From contig MU061049.1 of assembly GCA_013265495.1 (NCBI GenBank), positions 620,001 to 684,000 on the forward strand: a stretch of 64,000 nt of DNA, given 5' to 3'. How positions within the stretch are numbered: position 1 is the stretch's first letter; each line of letters begins with the position of its first letter. The DNA is from Vicugna vicugna (Eukaryota). The position numbers were made by a program, and so were the translations under genes. Positions 21,977-35,000 of this stretch are shown here, piece after piece. Under the pieces are notes generated by a model, which worked only from the letters and a program-made list of their open reading frames with translations, was not told the origin of the DNA and ran no database searches.

Positions 21977-24900
21977 CTGCAAGAGAGGCACGTGTCAGGG
22001 GTCCGGGGCACGTCAGCATTGCCGCTGCTGACAGGAGGAGGTCTGGGGGGCAGAGGCGTCCCAGCGCCCAGGCGGCACAAGGCAGGGGCGGCACCTGGGG
22101 GCCCTGGGCGCACAGCAGGGGAGCAAGCCCAGGGCAAGCCTGCCAGGGAGTGATTGGGCCCCACCTCCTGGCCTGGGCAGGTCCTCAAGCCCTCGGGCCT
22201 CAGCGTCACCTCTGTGACGAGAGAACCGGAACAGCTCTCCCGGGGTGACCTGGCAGGCCTGGGGGCCCCGGTGCGTCTAGAGAGCGTCTGCGCAGCTATC
22301 ACGTGCGTTCTGCCCATTTCCCAACACATCTGCACAAGAATCCCCCCCCCCCCGCCCCTGAAAAGCCAAGAAGTTACAGGCGCTGGAGTTCCCTTTGTGT
22401 CTGGAGCCCAGATTCCTGAGCCAACCTCCCTGCTGAAGTGGACTTTGTCTCTGCTCACTGAACGGCCAGACAACTTTACGAAGTTTCTGGAAAACCCTCA
22501 AGTGCCCCATCACTGGCCTGTTTATGGTATGATTTCTGCAATCTGTCCAGCACTTGTCCCACCAGGCAAAATTTAGGCTCCGCTTTACAGGCGACGGAGG
22601 AAGGGTGCCGTGCACGCGGGGCCTGGGCCTGACTGAGCCGAGGACAGAGCCGAGCAGTCCGTACGGGGTCCAGGCCGAGGGACAAGCCACCCGTGGCGGT
22701 GTGCAGCATGGCCGCGCAAGACGAGACGAAGCAGGGAGGGCAGGGAGGACTCGCTGAGCAGACGGCAAAGCTGCACCTGGAGACGGGTCATGAGGTGGGG
22801 GTGGGGGGCCTCTCTGGGGAGTTGTGCCCGAGTCTGCGTGATGCACGGATGGGGCTGCACAGCTGCCCGCCCGGGGCCAGTCTCACCAAGGGACGGCTGC
22901 GGCTGAGAGTGGCCGCACAGTTAGGACAGCAAAGTGCTGCTTGGGGGGACTGAGGGGAGGGAAGGCCTGGCTGGGGCACGGTTACGGATGCCCGGCCCAG
23001 GTCCAGGGCCCAGGGGGTCCAAGAGGGGCCAGGAAGCGGCCGTGGGAGGAGACACACGCACCTGCCCAGGTGTCCACCTGAGATGGGCAGAGGTGTGGGG
23101 ACGATGGCGGACAGGGCCTTGGAAGCCTGGAGTGGAGCCAGGGGCCGGCCCTGCTCTGCACACAGTCTCACTTAGCCCCTTGCTGACTGAAGGGCCCACC
23201 GCCCGCTCGGCTGCTGGAGCCCTGCAGGAGCAGAAGTCCTGGGACCCCCGGGCACCCCCCAAGCACACGGGGCGTCTGGACCCTGGCCTTTGATTTAACC
23301 TGTAGAGACAGGAGGCTCAGGCCACATGGGAGAGACTACAGGGTAAAGAAGCAGACTTTCCTTTAACCTTATAGGTTTCTTGGGCAAAAACTTGTTTTTA
23401 TCCTCTTCAAAATACCCCTGTTGGAGATATGTTAAAAGGCAAACACAGAAACAAAGCACCTTCCCGTCAGCCGGGCGATGCGAGTCGGGAGAGCCCTGCA
23501 TGGAGCAGCGCCGGATGCTGGCGGACCCGAACCAAGAGCCCGGCCACGGAGCCGCTTCCCCAGGCACCGACGACTGGCCATTCACGCTGGCGTTTTCACA
23601 GGCAGCTTCAGCAAACTCAGACCACTCCTTCTAACTATTCGTGGTAAAACAGCACTTTCAAACAACCAGGATTTAGCCTAAAGGTGTAATTCACGGCAAA
23701 GAGAGTTGAAGAAATGCCTCCTTGCGCACTGATGGGCCAGGACAGCAGCCACCAGCCCCTTGCATTCTTTCTGTTCGAAATAAAACCTCCACGAGCGCGT
23801 GTTCAGTGCTGAAGGGCAGAGCGAAGGTCTCGGGCCCCGCAGGCTCTGCTGGACGGCGCGGTCCGCAGGCTGGGTGGTGAGCACGGCGTCGCGGACAAAG
23901 ACCCCAGAAAGGAGGGGGGCGCTAGTGCTCCTCCCCGCAGCCCCCGCGGCAGCCGGCAGGGCCCTTCTAGGCTTGGAGTGCGAGGGAAGGCTGAGTTACC
24001 AGCACAGATAGACCGGCCACGCGGTGGCCAGGCTGGGGCGCCCTGCCTCCTTCTTAATCAGAAAACCTCTCCTCCAGTGTCAGAGGGACAGTAGGGCCCT
24101 GTGGCCATCTGTTATGTAAATGCGTCCAGCCCACGGTGGAGAAAGTGGGTCAGCGAGTGCCAGGGGTGCTTCGGGCTCCGGGCTGTCAACTGCCATCAGT
24201 CACACAGGCCAGTGAGCAGCTGCGCCCGCCCTCCTCGGCGGCTGGGGGTGAGTGGAACCGGCCCGCGGTAGACCGGTGGGAAGGAGCAGTCCCCGCAGCG
24301 TGAAGGTCACCCGGGCCTCATCACCCCGGCTCGGTGGCTTCCCCAGGACCATGGTGCTCAGGCCGCCCTGCCAGGCCCTGGGACACTCTCTTCAGAGGCA
24401 ACCCCTAGCGTGCCCGGCCTTGCTCCCACCCGAGGGCCATTCGGGGTGCCCGGCAGGAAGCAGGGGACACACTACTGGGGGCATAGCCACCCCAAACCCG
24501 GTCGGACGGCCAGTCCACCAGGGAAGACCTCTTTCCGTGACTCACGCCCCAGACACTCGGTGTTTCAGAAACCGGCAGACCTCCGTGGCTGGCGAGGCCC
24601 CTCCCCCCGTCCTCCTCAGTGCTGGGGTTCAGTGTACTTTAATTCACTCAAGGAGACTGGCAGGGCCCCTTCTCGCCCAGGGACGCCCGTCCAGTCGGTG
24701 GTTTAAATGCTGCTTTGAGCTGACACTATCCACAGATACGCCTGAGGCCAGACCATGCCCGCCCCACTCCTGGGGCACCCTGACCTCCGACAGGTGCCCC
24801 GGTGCCACCCGTGCGGCCCTCCCCCGCACCCGTCTCCCAGGAGCCAGGCCACCGCCTCCATGTCCTGCTCAGCCCGAGCCTGGGCACGATGAGCCTTCTC

Positions 24901-24989
24901 TGACCCACCTGCCAGCCTGCTGGCAAATCCTGACACTCGGGGCAGGGCTCAGCTCCCCTTTTCCAGGGTCTTCAAGAAGAAGTTGGTGG

Positions 24990-25420
24990 CGTGGACTTAA
25001 AATGCTACTTTTTGTCTGATACTGTCACTTGCTTTTACACACGTCTCTCTTCCCACGGCTTTAGCCTCACCCCACGGATGTTTACGTTTGCCCCCCCCCC
25101 CCGCTCGTTCCAAAATGCTCCCAAATTTCTCGTGTCTTCTTTTTTAATTCATGTGATGTTAGACTCCTACTGACCAGTGTTGGCACGGTGTATCTTCTTT
25201 CACCTTTTATTTTTAACTTAGTTATGTCTTCGAAGTGAGTTGCTTGCAGGCAACATAAAGCTGGACCTTGCTTTTTTTTTCTTACTTGACAACCTCTGTC
25301 CCTTAACCAGGGGGGTTCAGGCCCTCGACAGTGGCTGCTGACGCGGCTGATGTACGTCTGCCATTCCACAGTCTCTTTTCCATTTTTACCATCTGTCCAG
25401 GGATGAAACAGCCCAGGAAG
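24990..25420 (-). mobile_element. LINE-1 ORF2 endonuclease fragment
   Basis: The minus frame reads KKKQGPALCCLQATHF..KLKIKG, similar to the L1 EN motif KKQDPTICCLQETH..LKVKGW. Confidence 0.75.
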
Positions 25421-25845
25421 GTACATTTAGGAAGCAAAATAAGGGCTATTTGACACACGAACTTTATAATCATCACGTGTATAAAACACATTTATTACAT
25501 TTCACTCAGAAGTCACGGAGGAGGTCAGAAGTCAGCGTCCACGGGTGCCTTCTGATGGCCCCCTCCAGGGACACCAGCGCAAGTGGCCCAGGAGACAGGG
25601 CGTCACAGCCCAGGGCCAGAGCCAGTGCTGGGTGCCCCTCCTGCTCTTTCCCCTGGGAACACACAAAGGCAAGAGGCAGGTTGAAATGAGCAGCCTCCTG
25701 CGTGGCTGGTAATTAACAGCTTTGTTTGTTAACTAAACAAACATTTCCTTGGCAGTCACTAAGCTCCAGGCGCCATGCTGGCCTACAAAGGGACATGAAC
25801 AGCATTCCTCCTGAGGGAGGCACCGGCCTGCTGAGAAATCCTCAT

Positions 25846-25993
25846 GGAGGGTGTAGCTCAGTTGGTAGAATGCTTCGGTTCAAGATCCAGTATCTCCAAT
25901 AAACAAGTGAATAAACAAAAAAACCTAATGATCTTCCCTCAAAATAGCAAAACTTAAAAATAAAAGGAAGGACTCATGCAAAAAAACAAAAAA
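25846..25993 (+). mobile_element. Camelid-type tRNA-derived SINE with a 14-bp target-site duplication
   Basis: Head ggagggtgtagctcagttggtaga (A-box) and ggttcaagatcc (B-box), A-rich tail. Exact TSD AGAAATCCTCATGG at 25834-25847 and 25994-26007. Confidence 0.88.
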
Positions 25994-26344
25994 AGAAATC
26001 CTCATGGTGATTCGGGAGTGAGGATCAGGAGGAAGGTGGGCCCCCAGAGCAGGGCTCAGGTGGGAACCCCCTGCCCGTGGGGAGCCCTCTGGGAGTCAGT
26101 CCCAGGCCAGGAGGGGCCTCCAGCAGCAACACTTAGGGGCTGCGAGCACTCCTGGGGGTCTCCGAGAAGGACTTTGCCCCAACTCCCAGAACCCCCAGGA
26201 GGGTGGTGCAGAGGAGAGATTCGAGTCTGGGAAAGGAGACCTGCCCACTGGTGGCCCAGGGCTCACCTGGTGGCCCAGTGCTCACCTGGCCTTACTGCGG
26301 AGACAGAGCATAGAGGCCTCAGCGTGGAAGTCACTGTGGTGGTG

Positions 26345-26447
26345 TGTGCCACCTCTCAGGGCCTGGTTTAGGACCGAGGTGGTCCTAGAAGCTGCATTTT
26401 AAGGTTTTCCAGAGTCCTCTTGAGCAAAGCATGTTTGGGAACCACTG
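26345..26447 (+). mobile_element. MER5-like 3' fragment
   Basis: ctgcattttaagg...tttgggaaccactg resembles the MER5 terminus tttgagaaccactg. Confidence 0.4.
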
Positions 26448-26619
26448 GTCCTATTCCCACCCCAACTCGTCCCCTCTCCGCCTGTTAGCAATTCTGGGAG
26501 GCTGCCAGTAGTAGGATCCATGCAACCACACAACCCAGGGGCCGCCTGTTTGTTGCGAAGGACTTGGGAGGACGCTGTGAGCGGGTGGGCAGACCGGGAG
26601 GTGATGGGTGAGGACCTGG

Positions 26620-29005
26620 AGGCCACGCCTCCATCCACCAGCGAATCATGTTACATGTGATGTGACACCTGGGCAGCCACTGAAAAGTTACACAAAGAGC
26701 ATATTCAAAAGCACTGTCAATAAATCACAGTGGAATTGTAAAAAATGCTGAGTAACACACAGGAAGGCAGGAAATAAGAGCAGAGAAACAAAACACAAGG
26801 AGAACAAACGGAAAACAAAACATGACACAAGTTCCTACTGTACAGCCCGGGGAACTAGATTCAGTATCTTGCAGCAACCTACAGTGAAAAAGAATACGAA
26901 AACGAAAAAAAAGGAAACAAAAGATGAAACGGCAAGCTTAAGTCCTAACATCTCAACTAATTACATTAAAGGTAAACAGTCTAAATCCACCGATTGAAGA
27001 ACAGAGACTGGCAGAGTGGGTTAAGAAAAATGGCTCAACCATACGCTGTCAACAGGAAACACTTCAAGCAGAAAGATGTGAGCAGGCTGAAGATGAACTC
27101 ATGGGAAAAGCTGTTTCGTGCGACCACTGATGGGAAGGGCGCGGGAGCGGCTGCCTTAGCATCAAATGTGGCTGACTTCAGAGCAGGGACAGTGAGCGAA
27201 GGCAGAGAGGGACACCGTACCATGGTGACAGTCCATGAGGAAGCAAGAGCAAGCCTGGGGGTGTGTGATTCAGACACCGGACAGCAAAACAGGTGAAGCA
27301 CAAATGCACAGGGCTGAAAGGGGAAGTGTGCAAATCCAGTCTCAGCTGAAGCCTTCAGCGCCCGTCTCAGCAACGGGACGGACAGCCAGAAAGCCGGCGG
27401 GACACAGAAGGAGCCACCGCCCGTCAGTCACCAGGGCCTCGTCAGCACTCAGAGCACCTCTGGCGTCAGCAGAAGCCCCCTTCCTCTCAAGCACCCCTGA
27501 GACAGACCCCAGTGCAGACCACATCCTCGGCCATAAAGCAAGCCTCAGCACACTTAACACAATCGAAATCGCACGTGTTCTCTGACCACTAATGAACCAA
27601 ACTGGAAATAATAACAGAAATGACAGAAAAATCTCCAAGCACTTGGAAACTAAAACACCCATTTAAACAATCCTCTGGTCAAAGACGAAATCTCAAGGGT
27701 CATAAAAAATACATTACCTGAACAAAAATAAAAATACAACATATCAAAAATTTGGGACACCACTAACGCAGTGCGTAGAGGGACGTTTGTAGCACAAAAT
27801 ACATATATTAGGAAGGAGAAAGAGAATCTGGAAAAAGAGGAACAAAATAAATCCAAGCAAACAGAAGGAAGGAAATAAAAACATAATTAAAATTGGAAAT
27901 AGAAAAACTAGAGAAAAATCAATGGAATAAAGAGCTGATTCTTTGAAAAGATCAATGAAGCTGACAAACCCCTTGCAGGACTGACAAAGAGAGAAGAAGA
28001 CCAAACAGCAACAGAAGGAACGAAACGGCAGCACCGCTAACCACTGCGTCCGCCAAGCGGCGAGAAGGAGATGCTGAGCACAGCTCTGCACAAACGCACC
28101 GACTCCCACAGACGGACCTGCTCCTTGAAAAGACAAAGCACCACAACCTACCCAATGCGAAGCAGGTGATTCCAACAGCCCTTCAGAGCTGCTAAGGAAA
28201 CTGAATTCATAATTTTAAAATTCCCCCAAAAGGATGGCTTCCCCCAGACTCAGATGGTTTCGCTGGAGAAGTCTACCAACAGTTTTAAGAAGAATTAATA
28301 CCAGTTCTAATCTCCTCCAAAAACTGTAAGTAAGAGAAACAGTTTCCAATTCATTTTATGAAACTAGTATTCGCTTGAAACAAAAATCAGTACAAAAGAT
28401 GGTACAGAAGAGTACAAAAAACTGCCCTCAAGAATATTGGTGCAAAAACCCTTTAAAAACATTAGCAAATCGAATCCTTTGCTATATGGTAAGAATTATA
28501 CACTGTCCACTCTCCCAGTGATGCAGGGCTGGTAGTCAAAAATCATCGCATGTAATCAGTCCCTTCCACAGACTGAAGAGCAAACATCGCACGGTCACAC
28601 CGACGCACAGAGAGGCACCCGACAAAACCCAACACCCGCTCAGGGGAAAGCTCTCAGGAGAAACCCAGGGACAGAAGAGGACGTCCTAAGCCTGGTAAGG
28701 GGCAGCCACGGAAAGACCCCCATCGGCCCTCCGCGCAGCTCGAGCCCCTCCCCTCAGGAGGCAGGAGCAGGCGGGGAGGGGGGGTCACCCCCACTGCCAC
28801 TACTCAGCACCGGCCTGGAGCCCCCTGCGGAGCGGCGGGGAGGGAGCGGAGGGGAGGGAGCGGAGGGGTGCCCGAGCAGGAGGGAGAAGACAAAAGCAGC
28901 CTCCGCGCCGCCGACAGGAAAGCCGTGGGCGCAAACCTAACAGAACGTGCAGGGCCTCCGTGCTGAGAACCACAAAGTGCGGATGGAAGAGACGAAAGAA
29001 ACCTA
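26620..29005 (+). mobile_element. Old LINE-1 (inter-ORF region plus ORF2 EN/RT, frameshifted)
   Basis: A-rich strand; a frame near 26955 reads ITLKVNSLNPPIEEQRLAEWVKK, matching L1 EN ITLNVNGLNAPIKRHRLAEWIKK. Confidence 0.85.
26826..26912 (+). mobile_element. Short younger L1 3'-end fragment nested in the old L1
   Basis: cctactgtacagcccggggaactagattcagtatcttg is typical of the Laurasiatherian L1 3'UTR. Imperfect TSD gaaaacaaaacatga / ggaaacaaaagatga. Confidence 0.7.
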
Positions 29006-32000
29006 TGGTCTGCGCCCCATTTCTGTAAATCCTGTCATTTCAAGAACGCTGTGTACGTGGAGTCCAGCAGGGTGTGTGCAAGCCGGGGACTGGCCTCTCT
29101 CCCTCGTCTGATTCCCTGGAGGCGCGCCGGCTGCCGAGAGCATCCTTCTCCTTTGCTTTCCGTTTCTTTGGGTTCGGGCTTCGGTAACTCGAGGGATTTC
29201 CCGCGTCAGCAGCTCATGCCTGAGGTTCCTCTGGAGGTGCTGCCCTGCGTGTGCCCGACACACGTAGACGTGCTTTTATCATGTGTTTAGTTCCTAATAT
29301 TCCAAAATATGTCCTGAATTCCCTGGCGCCTCCTCTTTGACCAGCACATTACTTAGAGATCTGTGTTTCGACTTTCAAGTATTTGGAAAACTTTGTTACC
29401 TATGGTTACTAACTTCTAGTTTAATTTCATGCTAGTCAGAATATGTACTCTCTGTGACGTCGACTGTGTTGGACTCATTGGGTGTTATTTCTCACCCAGA
29501 ATGTGGTCCACCTGGGGTCACCCTGCGTGCCCACAAACATGTCCCCAGGGCGCTGGGTGTCCTGCAAGGACCGTCAGAGCTGCTGGTGGGCTGTGTTTGT
29601 CCGGGTGTCTCAGCCCGGACGACTGCCCGTCCCCTCGTCCCCTCGGGCACCAGGTGGAGCTGAGACCTCCACACAGTCACGCACTTGTCCGTCTCTCCCC
29701 AGCGCCAGGTTTTGTTCCCAGTGTTGTGAGGCTCTGTTATGCGATGTGTGCACACCTGGGCTGATGTGTCTTCCTGGTGAACGATGGTTTCATGTTCACG
29801 CAAGGTCCTTCCTCACCCTGGTCCTCGTCCTGAAGTCTACTTCATCTGGTGTTCTTGTGGCCACCAGTGTTCACGTGACACGTCTTTCTCTGTCTTTAAC
29901 CTTTAACCGGACATGAGTATTACATTTCACGCTGCCTTGCTGGATGCACACAGACTGCTCTGGCTTATTTTTTTTTTCATTCTGATCATCTCTTACTTTT
30001 AATTGGTCTGTTTGCACAATTTACTTTTTATCTTTGCAGATTTAATAACTGTCAACTCTAACGTCTGTGTATGTGCACTATACATGTGTGCACAATTCTG
30101 AAATAATTTTGGATCCATGAGCGGCTGCAAAGATAACACAGCTGCGGTGGCCCTTCACGTGGCTTCCACGTCGCGAGTCTGCGGCGCGGCACCACCCAGG
30201 GCTGCCGTATCCACAGGCACCTTTCTCGGCGCACAGGTCCACGAAACCTGGTCACGTGTGCAGATCTCCCGAGCCACCCACACGAGCAGGATCTCTGCGG
30301 CGAGCTCTGGGGGCCGCCCTCTGCAGTCAGTCACTCTCCCTCGCCCACCCTGGTCCACACCACAGTTCTGTCGGCTCCAGAACGACACACACCCAATCAA
30401 ACGAACGTGCTCAGCACAGCCACGCTCCGGTGGTCTTGAACCCAAGTCGCTGCACGGAGTGGAAGTCTGCTGGTCTCTGTCCCGGCAGCATCCCACTGCG
30501 GCTGCCCCACAGTTTGTGTACCCACTTACCCGGGGAAGGACAGCTGGGGTGACTCCCGATTTGGTGGATTACAAATGAAGCAGCTGGCGACAACAGAGTG
30601 CGCGTGCTGTGTGAGCACACTGGCATTTTTCTGTGGCTCACACCCAGGACTGTGGACACTGTCACACGTTAACTCTAAGTTTAATTTCATAAGAAACTGG
30701 CAAACCACTGGCCAGAGCGGAGGCACGGTTTCCCATCCCCAGGGGTGGCCAGCGCCCCACTGCAGCCGTTTCAGCAGGCGGCCGTGACGTCTCCTGCTGG
30801 CCGAATTTGCCTTCTCCCAACAGCTAGCGACGCTGAATGCCTGTTCAGGTGCATGCCCCCCGCCCATCTGTCCTGTCCGGAGAAGGGTGTTCAGGCCTTC
30901 TGCTCGTATTCTAAGCGGCTGTCTTGTTTTCTCACCATGGAGATCGCTGTGGATATGGCCCTTTGCTGGGCGTGCGAGGCTCGGGTTTGTCTTTTCACGT
31001 CTTAACAGAGCCTTTCATGAAGCCAATGCTGCTAACTGTGTTGAAGCACCAGCTCTCAGTTTTATCTCTTACGACTTTGGTTTAAACTTTTTCTCTTTGC
31101 TGAATGGGCCTCTTTCTCCTGTATTTTCTCCTAAGCAGGGCATCATCGCAGATTTTACATTCAGGTATCTGATCCGTTTTGCATCAATCATGGCTCAGGT
31201 GAGACGATTAAGTTGAGGCTGTTTTGTTTTGTTTTGTTTTGTTCCGTGCATTACCCAACCGATTCAACACCGTGTTTTGAAAAGACTGCCCTTTCTATAT
31301 TGAAACTGTTCTGTCACCTTTGTTAAAAATCAGCTGTCCCCACGTATGTGGCTGTGGTCTGGACTCTACCCTGTTTGGTTTATTAGGTGCCCATCTATCC
31401 ACCAGTTCCACAGTGTCCATTTCACGGCACAATTATGATGACTTAAAATTACTCCAACTGTATTTGTTTTCAAAACTCTCCTTTGTGGTCTCACGTAAAT
31501 TGAAAAACCATCGTTTGCATCCACAAGCATGCCGGCTGGGGCCTGGACAGGACCCGCGTGGACCCTGCGCTGGGGAAGCGCTCAGCCCGCTGTCGTGTGG
31601 GGGTCCCGCCCTGCGGACGCAGAGGCCTCGGATTCGGGCCTTTGCTTTCTCTCATCGGCACGCTCTAGACTTCAGCACACAAATCGCGTGCATATTCGGT
31701 TAGACACAGCGAGCACGTACCGCTCTGGAGCTCCTGTGTACGGTACGTTTTGAATTCTGGTCACTGGCTTTTGTGCAGACCTTGCATTCTCAGCAACAAA
31801 CCTGCCCACTAGCTCCAGGGTTTCTTTGCAGCCCTAGTGGGATTTGCGATGTAGACGTGTCACTTACAAATAGGGACAGGTTTCTTTCTTGCTTTCCAAT
31901 CTGCGTGCCTTGTATTTTCTCTTCTTGGCTTGCTAGGCTGGCTAGAACCTGTGCCCTCTGTGCAGCAGGGGTGCTGAGAGCGGATCTCGTCGACGACGGG

Positions 32001-32090
32001 GGGCACCAGCCCTTCGCCATTAACCAGGACGCTGGCTGGTGGGGGAAGCTTCCTGCTTTACTCAGGACCAAAACCTCATTTGTTCTTTCA
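29006..32090 (-). mobile_element. Cluster of antisense LINE-1 fragments (3'UTR, EN and RT pieces)
   Basis: T-rich decayed L1 motifs, e.g. attcaacaccgtgttttgaaaagactgccctttc and gttaaaaatcagctgtccccacgtatgtgg. Boundaries are approximate. Confidence 0.75.
31221..31243. repeat. (GTTTT)4 microsatellite
   Basis: Read directly. Confidence 0.9.
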
Positions 32091-35000
32091 TATTGATTAA
32101 AAGGGCAAAATTCATTTCTAACCAGTACTTAGTTAAATGCTGATAAAACAGATTTCCCAATCATTATTTTTTAAAGGAATATTCAAATCAAAAGAATTGT
32201 AGTAAAATAAATTTCATCACAGTGAGATGTGCAGCTATGACAGCAGCTGCAGCAACAAACAGTGCGCGCGGCGCACAGGCTCTCACTGACTCCGGCCCCG
32301 CTGCCCGAGCGCAGGGGGGTCCAAGCTGAAGGGCCACGAGCTGCTTCCAGGGCCCACGCTCCTGACCACCAGATGGCTAAACTCTACTTCACGCCAGTCA
32401 AACGTGACCAGTGAGAGCGTCTGTTTCAGACTCGAAGGGAAGAGACCCGTGTGTGAAAGCGGCGTGCAATGTCCGGGGCGCAGGCATTTCTCGGGGTGGG
32501 GGGGCGGGGCGGGGAAGCGGACTTCACAGCGCCGTGAAAGCGCCTTTACAGCTGTCTGTGGAGCTGTCACACAACCCCCTCCCTCGGGTGCGCCGGCCTG
32601 CTCTCTCCAACACGACCTCTCTCGCCCAGAGACGGGGGCTGAAGTCCTGCCAGCAACCGCCATCCGAGGCCACGTGAGGCTGCAGCAAGCAGCTCCACAG
32701 TGGCCCGCTGGCTGAGCTGTGTCCAGGGCGCACCCAGGGCCTCAGCTGTGCCGGGCAGAGGACGGGGAAGGGACCTCGGGGGACGCGCACGCACTTGATT
32801 TATCCTGTTTAACAGCTCGGTGCCCCGGCAGCTGCAGGAGTCAGGACGGCAGAGGCCCAGGGAGCGCCTCCCTCCCCTGTGCTCCCGGAGAGAGAGATGC
32901 AGCTTGTGTCCTTGAGGCCGGGGCGGGAGAGGAGCTTCTGCAGGGAAACGCTCTTGCTGGTCACGGTGAACGTTAGAAAGACGTGCGGGGCTGACTTCAC
33001 ACAAGCTGACTTCAGTGAGCACCGCACAAGGCCTGCGGGCTTGTCACTCAAGTGTCCAGACGGACAAGCGTCCAGGCAGACAAGAGTCCTGGGCTGGGCA
33101 GCCGGCAGCTGGTTCACCTCCCTCCCTGCCCCACGGGCTACGCACAGAGTGTGGGGCTTCTCTCTCTGGCGGGCGTGGGCTTCACCCGGGGGTGCGAGGG
33201 TCCTGTCCTACATCTGGGAGTGCGCCCAGGGTCTAGGGTGTCCCCTACGCCAGGAAATGCGGCTTACAAAAGTTCCAACCGTTCCAAAAACCTGTTTCAG
33301 AATGAATAACATCTCTGCTACAGAGATGGCAGGACTCCCTGGGGCCTGACCCCCGCCCCCGCAGAGCGACCTGGGAGTGGACTTGATGCTCCCGAGGCCA
33401 GCGGTCATGGAGCCCCGACGTCTCAGGCTCCAGCGTCTGCACACACTTTATATTCCCCAGACCCTCCGGCCACAGCGGGAGGCCAAGCATGGCAGGGACA
33501 TGTGATCTAACCTCAGTTCCTATCAGGTGCCTGTGTTGGGGACACAGGACGGAGGAGCAGCCATCGCCCTCCAGCGCCCAAGCTGGTGGAGAAATCGGGC
33601 TGCAGGCCGTCCAAAAGGCAGGGTCAACACTCAACACCTCCCTCACCCCCAAGACGAGCGCTCCAGGAAGGTCAGAGAGCCCAGAGTTCAGAAGCGAAGG
33701 AGAGATTCTTACGGCCTCAGGGTCAAGGAGACGTGAAGGGGAAAAGGGCCTGGATGTGAGGCGACAGGAAGGAGGGTGGGCGAGTCTGGTCAGGAGACGT
33801 GGGAGAGAAGGGCCGACACACTGAGCCATCCTCCTCGGGCCTCATGGACCTGCCCTCTGCCAGCCCCCGTACCTGAACACAGAGTTTTCTGATGCCATGC
33901 GACTCGGCCAGTGCAGCCTGAGGGAGGCTGGCGGGGAGGGGGCAGCAGGGACAGAGTCGATCCCACCGTCTGCTCTCAAAGGTGCCTATGTGTCTGTCAC
34001 TGGGACCTGACCGACTACACGTGTGTGTGCTGGGCGCCCCCCAGGACACCACGATGAGCCAGGTGCGCAGTACCGGGGAGGTGGTCCAGGCAGAGCTGCC
34101 CCCAGCCCCCCAGGCAGGCACAGCCGCCTTCCCGCACGCGGCCCACACCTCGCTGGGGAAACTGGTCCCGCCCGTGAGGCTGGCCACCCGTGCTGTGAGC
34201 CAGCGGTGCCAGCTTCCGATCAGCTAGAAGTTCTGAATCAAATACTAACAGGCAGAATCAGCAACATTGGAATACTAATAATGCACAGCACCTCAACGAG
34301 GTTCATCCCTGGAACAGATGGATAATTTAATGTCGGGAACTCTGTCCATGTGATGAACAAATGAAAGGAGAAACCCAATTATCACACAAAAAGTAACAAT
34401 ATACGATGTGTTCTGTGTGACAGGCACAGTCCTCCCCACAGCCCACCTTCACGCTGCAGGTGCTGGGAGGCACTGCTCACACCTGTACTGCCGTCCCTGG
34501 TCAAAGTGGGCAGACAAAACACCTCAAGTAAGGTCAAGGTCACTGACCCCAAAAAGCGAAGCACTGGTTTTAAGCCCATGCCTTGGGGACCATCTTATAC
34601 TAGGGGGTTCCAGCTTTTTATAACAAAGGGACATAGATGGTAATTTATACCAAGAAAAATGGGAATCAGAGAATGATTTTAGATAACCATGACACAAGAC
34701 ACCTCTGAGGAGAACTAAGACGCAGCGCTCAGGAAGGAAAAGGCAGGTGGGGGCTGCCTCTGCTCCGGAGGATCTGAGGAGTGCTCCCTCAGGGCGCCTG
34801 TCACAGGCAGGAGCACACGCCTTCCCTTATTAACGTGGGGCCCGGAGAGAGACCTCAGCCCCTCCTCCTGCGCCTGCTGGGGGGGCGGCCCTGGGTGCAG
34901 GCTTGCACCCTGGGCAGGAGGCGTGGCTGAGTCCGTCCAGGATCGCCCGGAAAAAGCCCCCAGAGAAGTGCTCCAGAGCCGCCCTCCCTCTCTGGACCAG

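Noticed and set aside
25846-25910. tRNA gene
   Set aside because: A and B boxes are present, but there is no full cloverleaf, and an A-rich tail and TSD identify a SINE.
30524-30582. Strong donor CGG|gtaagt inside L1 sequence
   Set aside because: The upstream acceptor is mediocre and the site lies in decayed L1; there is no further support for exonisation.
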